DNA of 64,000 nucleotides from Mytilus edulis (Eukaryota): the NCBI RefSeq assembly GCF_963676685.1, contig NC_092355.1, forward strand, positions 16,802,001-16,866,000. The letters run 5' to 3'. The first letter of the stretch is position 1. Each line of letters starts with the position of its first letter. The notes beneath the pieces were generated by a model. That model was not told the DNA's origin. It searched no databases and saw nothing but the letters and a program-made list of their open reading frames with translations. Shown here in pieces: positions 50,816-63,819 of the stretch. The position numbers were made by a program, and so were the translations under genes.

Positions 50816-51254
50816 CAGATTCCATCACAATAACTCGTGTATTTACCAGTATTTCTCAACTCTAGACAGTTGAATTTTAATTATAACTAAAGAGCACTAC
50901 AAGCCTAGCGCTTTTAATATTAAAGTTCTCATTACACACTCTTTACTGTGATGGAATAAATCTATATTTCAGATTCCATCACAATAACTCGTGTATTTAC
51001 CAGTATTTCTCAACTCTAGACAGTTGAATTTTAATTATAACTAAAGAGCACTACAAGCCTAGCGCTTTAAATATTAAAGTTCTCATTACACACTCTTTAC
51101 TGTGATGGAATAAATCTATATTTCAGATTCCATCACAATAACTCGTGTATTTACCAGTATTTCTCAACTCTAGACAGTTGAATTTTAATTATAACCAAAG
51201 AGCACTACAAACCTAGCGCTTTAAATATTTAAAAAGTTCTCATTGCACACTCTT
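50816..51254. repeat. 154-bp tandem repeat, ~2.9 near-identical units
   Basis: CAGATTCCATCACAATAACTCG starts at 50816, 50970 and 51124. Confidence 0.95.
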
Positions 51255-52150
51255 TTTTAAATAGTAATTTAAAACAATTTGAATGTGGATACGACGTTAA
51301 AGCGAGTAAAATGTTATGCTGTGGACCCCTATACACTGACTACTTTGGCGAAAGGAACATTGATTTTTCTGTACATTAGACATATTAGATGATATAAATT
51401 CACGTAATCTTAACAATTCTATGATTAATTGGAATCAATAACTTTCACATTGGTGTTAGCTGAGCGATAGACTAACATGCCGATAATGAAATTATTTTGT
51501 ATTCGATTCCCACGAGAGCCTCATAATCCAGCTTCTGTTGCTTTGATCAATATACAATATCCGAGGTAAGGTGTGACTCAGGATAACTAAGGTTGTCAAC
51601 CCTTGTCAATGTTCACACATATAAAGAAAAGGTAAATGTATGCAGTAGTAAATGTTTTGTTAAATGTGTCATCAGGCAAATCATTACTTATGACTTATGA
51701 ATGTTATGTATAATGCATATTGCATTATTCTAGCATACTGTTACGTTGATTGTTTAACGGTAACATGTGTTTCTTGGAGATCTAGCGGTTACAACACAAG
51801 TAAGTTGATTGCTATTGTGTACTATCACTTGTTATATATAGTAACATTGTATCGGAAGAACAATTTCAAAGCAATTGAATATGTGATTTTTTTAACATCT
51901 ATTTTAAAACAACTGAAGCTTGACATATTTAACTACAAGTATCCACCTTCATATACAATGTGAACTCATGTTATGTCAATGAACTGTGTAAATTATGCAA
52001 CGGGAGAGAAAAAAAGAAAAGAAGATGATACACCAATCATTACACCATGGGCTTTAATGAAGGTCTGAATGGAGGAGGGTCCTTAATTTCTGTTTGATAA
52101 CTTTAAGTCAATTTTTCTGTATTCATTATTTTTATATTGCAACACCTCAT

Positions 52151-52294
52151 CAGTGGTGGATCCAAAAGGGGGGGTTCCGGTGGTTGGACCCCCTTTTTGT
52201 GGACGATCAATGCATTTGAATGGGAGCATATAGTTGGAAACCCCTTTTATTCTGGGTTGGGACCCCCATTTTGAAATGGCTGGATCTGCCACTG
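52151..52294. mobile_element. Short MITE CAGTGG(T/C)GGATCCA...TGGATCTGCCACTG
   Basis: 14-bp imperfect TIRs; CCTCAT duplicated on both flanks; related fragments at 27325, 40787 and 19515. Confidence 0.8.
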
Positions 52295-53759
52295 CCTCAT
52301 TATTCTCTGTTCTTTATATTTCCCCCATTTATCTCTGTTTTGGAAATTCCTTCCCACTTTCTTTACATATGTTTTAAACAATTTTATAAAAACGCCCGGT
52401 ACGGACACGCGGAAAACTCCCAAATGCTGTAAAATATGTACATTGTTCCTTTACAATGTATTAATATGAACCTTCTCATTAGATATACACAATAACTAGA
52501 TGATCAATGACACGCTAGCAAATATTATTATTTAAAATAAAAAAATGAACAAATTCCCCATGTATATTATACACTGATATACATTGACATGTTTAATAAA
52601 TTATTACTACAACACGGAAAGCAATAATAAAAATGATTTGATTTATGTAAAAATGTATACAAAATATATGTTTTTAATATGTCAAACACTGAAATAGTGT
52701 GCATTTTGTTACCTGAATTAAATTATCAACAAGGACATGATCACACGATTTGATAAAAATCATTGATTAGAATTTATTATTAGGTGCACGGAAATTTTAT
52801 TTGGTTATTTTCATTTTCTTATCTGACGCCATATTAAGGATTTACATACCTGGGTACTGTATAAATTTTGTAAGTAAATCTAAGATTCAGAAATTCAATT
52901 TTGATTAGAATTCAGAAATTACGTCGTGGCTTTATTCAAATTGATAAACCTTAAGTTTCGATTATTTATCTCTGACGTCGTTTTAGGACTTCGACATTTT
53001 TGAGTTAATATATGTTCAATAGATACGAAATCAAAATCTAATAAATTCTTTTTGACAGCAAATAAACAACAAAAAACAATCACATATAAACCATATGTTT
53101 TGTAGGTGCATCATTGAAGCGGTACATTAAAAGAGAAAGTAGAAATAAACCCTAACGCTGTAGGAAGGATAGTGTATAGGTTTTAGGTAAGCGTTTTATA
53201 TTATCTCCGCCGAGAAGTAGATATAGGAAGATGTAGTGTGAGTGCCAATGAGACAACTTTCCATCCAAATAACAATTTATAAAAGTAAATCCACAAGAGG
53301 TAACAGCGAAGGCATGTCAGTTATGAATATGGGTCTACCATTATATATGTTTTCCTAAGAAATATAATTTCGAAATGTGAGAGTTTCAATCGGCATTTAG
53401 TTTATTGTCATGAAGATGCATGTAATACTTGCCACCGGACGTTCAGCATCTAATAACCCATCAATCAAGTCATCTTTTAAAGCAGACATTTTTTTTATTG
53501 TACTCCGAAACCTCACATTTTAGCTGAATTTAATCTGAGATTTCTAATAACAAATAATGACTTATATTTTGTTTAAAGTTACAAAATCTTAACTGCATCC
53601 CGAAATGTATCAAAATAACAAATTGCATTGTCTGTTTTTCTTCGACATACGTTTATCTTTTTGTATCCCCTTCGTTGTCTACCTCTTCTTTTTAAACGTA
53701 GTGAAATTCAACTGTGAAGTCTTTTCCTAGCATCTCTCTTATGCTTTTGATACGTTATC

Positions 53760-53972
53760 GATCGAACTGAATGGTACATACACATGTTATTGATCGAACT
53801 GAATGGTACATACACATGTTATTGATCGAACTGAATGGTACATACACATGTTGAAATCATGATCGAACTGAATGGTACGTACACATGTTGAAATCATGAT
53901 CGAACTGAATGGTACATACACATGTTGAAATCATGATCGAACTAAATGGTACATACACATGTTGAAATCATG
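53760..53972. repeat. Minisatellite, 6 units of 32/37 bp
   Basis: GATCGAACTGAATGGTACATACACATGTT(ATT|GAAATCAT) at 53760, 53792, 53824, 53861, 53898 and 53935. Confidence 0.95.
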
Positions 53973-54606
53973 AAACACCCTTTAAACAGATGCATTTGGA
54001 CAGGTTCTTTAGATTCCAATCTCAATTGACCAAAATTTTTTTTTTCCTGCCGAAGGTAGACGGTTTTTCAAGGCTTCCTTTACAAATGAAAATATGGCTG
54101 CCACGAAACAGCCAGTAATGTTGAAAGTGGCGTTAAACATTGAAAAATAAATCAAATAATCAATGCAGGAGGTATTATGTTATTTAAATCATGCACATAC
54201 AGACAATGTATTCACATATCGATATAAACAGCTCATTACAATACTATTGTTTTATCATCATATAACATATTTGTTTGCGTTGAGTCTTTGAGTATGAAGA
54301 AGGGATAATAGATGACAAGAACAGAGACAAATGACCTAAAATATCAAAGAACACAGAAACGAAAGCATCTATTACGACAACTTAAGCTGTAATACTCATG
54401 TATTTGGATTTTAAGTGCTCAACACTTCCCTAATCTTTGACAAGCCTTTTACTTAACACATTTTATTTTATAATATTTTTATTTGAATATAAAAAAAATA
54501 TGAATAACGGAAGGAAAGATAGAATAAAGACATCATACACATTTCCTCTCATGTTAAATGATTGTTATTATTGTATATATTTGTATTTTTGTCTTTTACA
54601 GGAGTC

Positions 54607-55815
54607 ATGTCGGAATCTATGGAAATTAGCAAAAGAAAAATTTCGCCATATCCAACACTACCGGAAATCGAACATACAAGAAATGTATTTGTGACCCGCT
54701 TTGTAGCAAGATTTGTTCAGAAACACCGGAAGTATGCAAAACTGCTTCAGGAGAACGGAGCGTCACTTCCTGAAGCGTTTAGTAATTGTTCAGTTAATTT
54801 CTGTACAACTTTTGAAGACGAAGTTGACATGATTGTTAGTGAAAAAAGAAATAAAATAAAGAATGCCTGTCGGATGAAGGGTGCATATAGTTTAAAAGGA
54901 CTTTTCCGTCAAATTTATCAGATTGTACGCCGTGCAAGAGCGTCACGAATAGAGAGTAAACTACTAGACATTCCTAATCATGATCTAATGGAAACACTGA
55001 GAGACATTGCGTCAGAGTTAGGGTTTGCATATGAATATCAAATTGCGATGTTGAAAACGGAAGCGGAAGTACGTCTACTCGCGGACCATGCTGTTAGTTG
55101 TACTATGAACTATTTGAAACAGTCTGATGCAACGCTAAATAGATGCCACATTTTGGAAGCAGTCACAGATGTTTCACCCAAGAAAAGTTTAAGTCGTGCT
55201 GAAAAAGTTCCAACACGAATTCAAAAGACGAACAATGTAAAAGTAACAAAGACACAAAAATGGCGTCTTTCTGAAATTTTTAAACAACCGGGTCTTCGTA
55301 TACCTGATACTGACGGGATAGGTTATAACTTTTTAGGGTGTTTTACGCCTTATGGAAGTTTATGCAGACCAGATAAATATGGATTCCGAGGTCCACTCCA
55401 CGTCTGGGACGAGAACACAGCAGGCTATGCTCTTCTTTACAACGATCAAGTGTCGTGCAATAGCGTCCATCGTAGAGAAATAGAGCACGATATAACAGAC
55501 ATTCACCAAAATTATCAACCAATTCAACTTTGCTCACACGTGTGTTTAAGTAAAAAGATGACAAAAGAAGGCATCGAATGCAAACTGGACTCAACTAGTA
55601 CAGTAAATAAACAGAATACAACTGAATCATCTGATTGTTGTCCTGTTTATGACACTACCTGTGTTGATATTAAAGATATCACCTTAAACCAGGATAGAGA
55701 ATATATTCCTACCGAACAAGCATCGATGATAAACTGTCACTGCTCTACCGATAACATTGACAATGGTTTGCTTACAGAAACAACGAACTCGATAACACAG
55801 CTGATAAAGTCATAA
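54607..55815 (+). CDS. Uncharacterised protein (long single exon; probably extends to 56063 through a frameshift)
   Basis: 1.2-kb stop-free frame in AT-rich DNA preceded by an acceptor (ttttacAG at 54600-54601), with globular-looking segments (ASELGFAYEYQI, LADHAV, WRLSEIFKQPGLR, PDKYGFRG). A second frame is open 55761-56063. Confidence 0.75.
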   Translation: MSESMEISKRKISPYPTLPEIEHTRNVFVTRFVARFVQKHRKYAKLLQENGASLPEAFSNCSVNFCTTFEDEVDMIVSEKRNKIKNACRMKGAYSLKGLFRQIYQIVRRARASRIESKLLDIPNHDLMETLRDIASELGFAYEYQIAMLKTEAEVRLLADHAVSCTMNYLKQSDATLNRCHILEAVTDVSPKKSLSRAEKVPTRIQKTNNVKVTKTQKWRLSEIFKQPGLRIPDTDGIGYNFLGCFTPYGSLCRPDKYGFRGPLHVWDENTAGYALLYNDQVSCNSVHRREIEHDITDIHQNYQPIQLCSHVCLSKKMTKEGIECKLDSTSTVNKQNTTESSDCCPVYDTTCVDIKDITLNQDREYIPTEQASMINCHCSTDNIDNGLLTETTNSITQLIKS

Positions 55816-56526
55816 CCGAAAGAAACGGGAATACATCTACATCAAAGCTCCTTAACAGCGGGATTGACAACAATGAGGTTATTTCTTCCAAAGATGGCAG
55901 CTCAAATGATTCCGACATTTTTGTCGAGTCTAACCATAGTTCACACCAAAGATTAACTGGTTCAAATAGCAATGTAGAAAACATCAATACACTCAACAAT
56001 AGTGACGGACAAAAGTCACCATTAAAAACTAACTTTTGTGATGATATACTAGTAGCTGCATAAACAATTTGTGTTTAAGGTATTAGTAAATTGCACAAAG
56101 AGATTAGACATGTAACATAGAAAGAAAAAACGGAAATATCTAATAAATGGAATTCTGTTAACGCGATGTATCTGTTTACTGGTGTCTTATTTGATTATAC
56201 TGCTAGGATTCCTTTAGATTTTTTTTCAAGCATTAAAAGTTTTCATAAAAATTTCACTGTTTTTCTCGTATGTTGTTAGATTTCGGCCACCCTATACGAG
56301 AAACTAGATAGTTGCTGTCCTTTTGAACGAATCTTTCTAAGTAGAATGTTCTCCGTAGAATGTTCTCCATATCCGATAACGATATATGTGTTTCAAAGAA
56401 ACTTATTTTTAGTTGACTATGCATTATGGGCTCATTGTTGAAGGCCGTTTGTTGACCTATAGTTGTTAAATTCTGTGTCATTTGGTCGCGTGTGAAGAGT
56501 TGTCTCATTGGTAATCATACCACATC

Positions 56527-56835
56527 TTTTTATGCCCCACCTACGATAGTAGAGGGGCATTATGTTTTTTGGTCTGTGCGTCCGTTCGTCCGTTCGTTCG
56601 TCCGTTCGTCCGTTCGTCCGTCTGTCCCGCTTCAGGTTAAAGTTTTTGGTCGAGGTAGTTTTTGATGAAGTTGAAGTCCAATCAACTTCAAACTTGGTAC
56701 ACATGTTCCCTATGATATGATCTTTCTAATTTTAATTCCAAATTAGAGATTTTACCCCAATTTCACGGTCCACTGAACATAGAAAAATGATAGTGCCAGT
56801 GGGGAATTCGTGTACTGAGGACACATTCTTGTTTT
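56527..56835 (+). mobile_element. Short HINE-like element
   Basis: TTTTTATGCCCCACCTACGATAGTAGAGGGGCAT hairpin; (CGTC/CGTT)n; 3' GTGGGGAAT and terminal CTTGTTT. Confidence 0.8.
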
Positions 56836-57537
56836 ATGTTAGGTATCCTGTACCAACAATGACACTTGTATATCCTCTCCCAATAAGTGCCCTTTGATAC
56901 CCCCTCCCAATTGTAAGACGTGAGCATTGGCATTAGCAAAAAATAATTATGCTTAAGACGGGGAAAACACCACAAATAGACACTCAAACGCATAAGCCGA
57001 CAACTAACAACGCCTTACCAAAACAAAGAAGAAAAGGAATTCAAAAGTACAAAATGTATACAAAATACAACATGGAAAACCATATTAAGACTGAGCAACA
57101 CAAACTCTATAGAAACGGGATTGATCTCTATTGCACTGGAACGTGGCACCCGTTCAAATTACGGAACACATACGAAAAATAATGTGAAAAGTTAATGAGC
57201 TGTATATTTTATCTTAACTGCCACACAGTTTATTCGAATGTATGAGAGGATTGTACACATTTTGTGATGTTTAGAATTAAGAGATGTGCATCCTACCACC
57301 CCATAAAACAGAAGTAGATATTAAAGTCATAACAAACCAATAATGCTAAATAAGTACCAGGCTAATGCTTAAGAAGGCATAAGACAAACCAATACTTGGC
57401 GCTTACATAGCATACGTTCGGAAGCTATACAACGTTATTAATTCGTACGAAAATCAAGCATTTATAAATTAAGAGTTGAAAACATACTTTAATATCAAAC
57501 TTTTTATGAATAATTAAGTTTTATGTCCGTTGTTATG

Positions 57538-60022
57538 TCAATGTTTTGGCCAATCAGGATTCCCACCACTGGAATATATCCCTCTGAAATAGTGAATACA
57601 CGGACTTGCGTGCTCGATTCCATTATTCTTAAAATTATCAAAGACATCAAACATTCCAGCCTCGGTGTGGTTACCTTTGTTACAAGGAGATGGAAAGAAA
57701 GTTGTCTGGCAAGGATCGCCCTGAAAATGTAATCAAAAACAGTTTCTATATTAAAGCAGTTGAATTAAAGCAAGATATAAAATCTAAAGATTAAAAACCC
57801 AGAAAGGAGCACATTTTGAACAACAAGTATGGTCAATATCCGTCATATTGTATCAGTCAGAGGCTTACATTGGAGTTTTAATAATACACAGACAATTTTG
57901 AATATTAAAGCGTCGTAATATAATAATGTTAAACAATATGTTTTTCTTTACAATTTGAAAACTATCAATTGATTATGAATGAAAATAGCATATTATAAAT
58001 ATTGTGAGTCTGAAGCGCTTGTCTGATTTCTAATTCACATTCAAAAGGAAAAGCACAGAACGCCCAAGCCTGAACATTTGAAATTCATGAATTGATGAAT
58101 ATTTAGATACAAAATAGAAAACACATATTTGGACTAAACAAAATTCATCGATGTTTAAATCTTGTTCAGCTTAATTTCTGATAAATTATCGCTGGAGAGA
58201 CAAAAAGGCGGGACATTAGAAGACGTGATATAGTTGTATGTTGATATCTAACCTTATTGGTGTAAAGTGTGACAAATATTTCCTTGCCGGTATCTAACGC
58301 ATACTGGTATCCTGCCAGTTTAGTCCGGTCAGATATTTGAGGGAACGTGATGTATCCAACCTGAAAATATAGCATTAATTGATTGATTTTATGGACATGT
58401 GGAACGGATAAACAAAATGGCCACATGATCTCAACATATAAGGATAATTATCAAACAAACGTTTTTTTCGTTATTTGCTTGCAATCGTACAATCATATGC
58501 TATAAATATATATAAAAAGATTGTTTAAATGAGTAAACAATTGTCTTGAGCACAGATAACTGATAAAATTATTCAAATTGCTTGTCATATTTTCAAAGTG
58601 TAGAATTTGGGTCTAAATCAGATCTTTGGTGTCTCTAACCGACTGACAATATATTTGTCCACATTTTTGTGTTTTGTTTCTGTTCGTTCTGTTTTTCTGT
58701 TAAGAAAATGTCTTTAAAATACGCAATTGTTGTGTACCTAGGTTAGCTCTAAACACATACACAACAAAGTATAGTTTTACCTGAACATCAAGACTATCGA
58801 AAATGTCAATCATGTGTCTGACTGCAACTTGCGTTTTCCCGTTGTACGTAATCAGTTTCTGTGTACTACCACAGCGTCCCCAGTGCCAGCTGACGGAGTA
58901 ATGTGTAAGTAAATGACCATGAACTTGTTTCATGGCTTCCGTTTTAATCATATTTAGGTTTTGTAAGTACTTTGTCTGTTCTGACTGTCCACTGTGACAT
59001 TTTATCGATGCATATGCTTCATTGTTGACTGCAACTCCGTCAAACTTCTCATTTGCAGCTAAATATTGACATAATGTAAAATTATTAAGGTTTAGTTAAA
59101 AAACACGTTATTGTGGTATTGGCAAGGAGACAATTATTAGTAGTGTAAGTTTTAATAAAAAATGACAGACAACGTGGGAAAAAGAAAATCGAACGATCTG
59201 ATTTACCGTAACATAGATTTCCAGTTCCATTGTGTGATTTGATTCAAATGTCAAGTGTAAACAGGACAACAGTAGGTTAAGTAAGGACAATAACATATGT
59301 TTGTTTATATTGAAATCAAAGCGGTGACGCTCAAATTCATTTGGTATATTTTGTTTTGCAAATATCTAATGCAACATCATTTCAGCAGTGTATATCATAT
59401 CAATGAAACCATATGTTTGAAATACAAAATATACGTTTCAGATATATCTATGCTTTAGTATACATACATGTGTAGTGACAAACATGACTGTCTGATCGCT
59501 ATTTGTCTTATACTTTTTATATATTATGTGTACAATACCTGCGCAATGATCGTTGTACCAAACCACGTGCTTTATCAAATTCTTTTCGGATACGTCAATA
59601 TCACTTACAGCAAATAGTGCATAAACCTGGAGTCCCGGTACTGTTGAATGACCTTCACTTAATGTTTGTTTTATCAATTGAATTCCGGGTATTCCGCACG
59701 ATTTGGCATTAAACCCATCACGTAATTTATGATGAACGTCCGCAAGAAATATCTTTCGAATTTCTCTGCCCTGAACCTTACATGTGTTCCATAGCCATTG
59801 TCGTCTGCTATGAGTGTCCCAGGTATGTGTAAAGCATTTCGAATGTTTATCCCAGTTGAGAAAGTCACTTTGACTACATCTGGGTATCGTTGGGTCATAA
59901 CCGTCTCTCCATACATAGATGGCATATCCATTGTTCATTCCCGCCAGCAGAAAACATGTGGACTTTTGTATGAACAAAAATAGATATATTACACATGGAA
60001 AAATCAGCAAATTAGGTTCCAT
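57538..60022 (-). CDS. Secreted uncharacterised protein, glycoside-hydrolase-like TIM barrel, 350 aa, 4 exons
   Basis: Exons 60022-59539, 59058-58781, 58360-58253 and 57720-57538 are phase-consistent GT-AG (1053 nt, no internal stop). N-terminal hydrophobic signal; segments YAIYVW, IRKIFLA, GLQVYALFA, VVWYND…EKFDGVAVNNE; ends …GGNPDWPKH*. Confidence 0.85.
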
Positions 60023-60752
60023 AATGGAACATTAAGTTAGTGTAAGAACGAAAGAAAATTTAACTCTAGAGATAAGAATATTAACATCGCGTGACATTCG
60101 TGTAGACACGGTCGGAAATTTACTTAAGATATTGTATCCTGTTTTGTATTATGAAGGAAAATATACTGTGTAAATTATAAGGAATATATTGAAATAGGGA
60201 AAATCATTGTATATAAATCAACGATTAAAACTTATTTAACCGGTAGTTATCTTTTGAAGGCATATTAATTTCATTCAATTTATTTAAATAATTCATTCAA
60301 TAAAATATTTTCTTTTTGATTGATAAGGGGGGCATCGAAAGCAGTGCAACTACTTTTTCTGTATTCTTCTACTATAGCCTGTCACTAATTTCATGACAAT
60401 TACGGTGCGTTCGACTCAAACTTAAGTGAATATGATTGTCAGCTCCCTCCAGTTTCCTCCACTACAAAAGGTGATCGCCACAAAATGGCCATTAGTGCTG
60501 AAATGGCGTTAACAATAACCGATTTATCAATTAATCAGCTGCAAAGATACATTGTCAATTTTAGGCTAAAGCTTTATTTATCGTATCTGTGTTTTTTTGT
60601 CATTTGAAGAATATGCCATGGTACTGATTGCAGATCTTTGATTGATGACGTACAATATTCTTTATTCAAACATTCTAAGACTGCGGAATATTTTGCATGA
60701 CCTATTGTTTTACTATAAAACCAACTGTATGTTGTCCTCTAGTTGTCTTTAA

Positions 60753-61405
60753 TAAGGTCTTTGCATCGGAACTAAACACATTTATTCTAAAAACAGTTGT
60801 TGGCATGACACGGGTTATGTTCTTCTCATATATGTTATGATGGTATGATACTACACCCCTAACGGGAAGGATTGTGCCTGATGTTCATATGATGAAATCA
60901 TAATCTTTCAGTCAGTTTAATTGAAGTCTGGAGCTGGCATGTCAGTTAACTGCCAGTAGTCTGTTGTTATTTATGTATTACTGTCATTTTGTTTATTTTC
61001 TTTGGTTACATCTTCTGACATCAGACTCGGACTTCTCTTGAACTGAATTTTAATGTGCGTATTGTTATGCGTTTACTTTTCTACATTGGTTAGAGGTATA
61101 GGGGGAGGGTTGAGCAAACATGTTTAACCCCGCCGCATTTTTGCGCCTGTCCCAAGTCAGGAGCCTCTGGCCTTTGTTAGTCTTGTTTTATTTTAATTTT
61201 AGTTTCTTGTGTACAATTTGGAAATTAGTATGGCGTTCATTATCACTGGACTAGTATATATTTGTTTAGGGGCCAGCTGAAGGACGCCTCCGGTGCGGGA
61301 ATTTCTCGCTACATTGAAGACCTGTTGGTGACCCTCTGCTGTTGTTTTTTATTTGGTCGGGTTGTTGTCTCTTTGACACATTCCCCATTTCCATTCTCAA
61401 TTTTA
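60753..61405 (+). repeat. Dispersed Penelope-associated repeat (young copy)
   Basis: Colinear with 31445-31772; ends …TTGACACATTCCCCATTTCCATTCTCAATTTTA. Confidence 0.8.
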
Positions 61406-63819
61406 TTTGTGCTATTTGTATCACTGGAAAGTTATCTAATTAACATTTACCACGTATCATTAAGTATATTTAATCGGGTGATATATTTCATATCAAAAAG
61501 GTCAAATTAATAACGTTAAATAAAATGTTCTGGTAACTTGGTATTTAACAAAAACATGTTTTTGGTCCGTTTTTATTAATATGAAATAGAGCAATTCTAA
61601 GAATATTCTATATTTTGCAAATAAATTAATAAAAACTTGATAAATGAATAAAATATTTACCGTATATATGAAAATTCAATATTCCTTATATATTTTCGAA
61701 TATCAGCCTTAATATGTATATCTACCTTAACCCGACGGAAATCGATCACAAAGAAGATGGATACAGAACGTTGATTTTAAGAATTAACATCATTAAAGTA
61801 ATTGGAAACGAGTGACTGGTGAAAAATAAGGTTTATCCAATATTTGAACAAATGCATATATATTTCATTTATTACGCACCCATATCGTATAAGTATTCGT
61901 CCTTTTTCTCTCTCGATTTGTTATGATGTGAAAATATGGCAGCTAATTAAATGTCGTGTTTTCAAGTCATAATTTACAGATTGTCACGCTTAGTTCACTG
62001 CATACGGAAAACATATGGACGAATTTTTTTTTCTAAATTTGGACAAATTATAGAATTTTCCTGAGAAAGAAGTATATGTACAGAAGTTTTATATTAAAAA
62101 CTAGCCATTTAATTATAAAAAAAAATAATTATGCATTACTTTTTTTATTTAAAGTTTCATTTGACTTTATGACAGCTAATCTACCGACTGTCTCTATAAC
62201 AAGCAGGTATATAAACACCATACAAAGTAGGTCAGCTAAAATAGGGTTAATGTTTTATGATTCAAACCAGTTTGAAATTGTTTAATAAACAATGTATACA
62301 ATGTATACACGAATCAAGAAATGTTAAAATTGGACAGAAGCACAAGCCGTAACTAAAATAAAAACACATTGGTTGATGCTTACATATATCATAACACAAT
62401 TTTATTATTATGTACGTATACAAATGGCCTATATATTAATCAATAGAAACTATAAACGATTTGTGTTACAGATTGTTGAAAGTTTCTATTGAACAAACCA
62501 CATCATTTTTAGACGTTTTACATATCTGACAGCCATATGTATACAAACTGTATGAAATATTCTTGTTTATGCGTCGTTGGATTGTTGTCTTATTAATGTA
62601 TACCCCCACGTATCCTTGTATCAATAAATATCTGTGAAAACTTACCTGTTTATTTCCTGATCAATTTGGCCTTTTTATTTTTAATTCTGGTGTACAGGTA
62701 AATGATGTCAACAAAGTGTAACTGTCTAAAGATAGTGTGGATAAACACGTTGTATGATACTATTAGCTAAAATAGGTAATTTAGTACCAGCTGTACTTAG
62801 TTCTGAACAGTTTGACGTAAATTAAACTACCGTTTGTAGTGAGAGCAATGCAAACATTTCTTTAAATTGCATATAAAAAAGAGACGTTTTCATTTATGAT
62901 TAAATCTTGAAGAAGGAAATTGTATTTCCTTCGAGGTTACTAAAATTGAACAACTTTGTGTTATATATTCTTTAAGAACTTAATTAGTTCTCAATATTAT
63001 GTTTTTTGTTATCTCATTGTTTGTATTGTATTATGAAAGTTATTGATGTTGTGATGTTTATTCCCTTTGGGGCCCATAATTGGAAATAAAATAGCTTGTA
63101 ATGTTACAAGAGCGGTTACCACAATATGTATTTTCGTTTCTTTTCTTTCCTTGAAAATATTAGACAGGAAGTCATGAACCCTAAATAAACTACTTAAATT
63201 AAATATAAAGTTAAAAAAAGTCAGACATTTTTTTTTTAAGTATGAAAAGTTTACAAAGTCATGTCATGGGCCTGATTCTAGAAATACAAAAAAAAGTTGA
63301 AGCCTATAGTGCCTGATCCCTAACCTACGTGTTATATATGTTTCTTGACTTGTGAAGGGATTCTTACAAAATTCTAGCTAATCAGAAAAGCTAGAGTACG
63401 CCAGAAAAGTTGTGATTTCAAGTATCCTTTTTTACGTTTTTTTTATTTACACAAATGCTAATATATCAAAGATTTTTGAAAATATTACCCAGTACGAAAA
63501 AAAATTGCTGAAAAGGCACCACAGTTTATTATTCAAGGGAGACCTGCAAAAAGTTACTTAACGAGTCCCAATATTCATTTCGCCTTTTATTCGTTTCTAG
63601 GATTATGATTGGTTATAAACAGCCGCTTGGATACCGTGCATACTCCATATTAAGTTAATGGGCGCGGTTTATTCCAAAACGGTGTTAGAAGTATTGTCAC
63701 GTCCTTTTATAAATAATAACAAAACGATGTTGAGGAAAATTGTTAAAAGGTTTTAAAAGACGAGAAATTGATGATGAACGATTGAAATAAATTATCTAAC
63801 ACGCATTTAAGAGAGAATG

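Noticed and set aside
53760-53972. CRISPR-like array of ~30-37-bp repeats
   Set aside because: No unique spacers, no cas genes and a eukaryotic context; it is a simple minisatellite. The same applies to the 16-bp arrays at 29424 and 33172.
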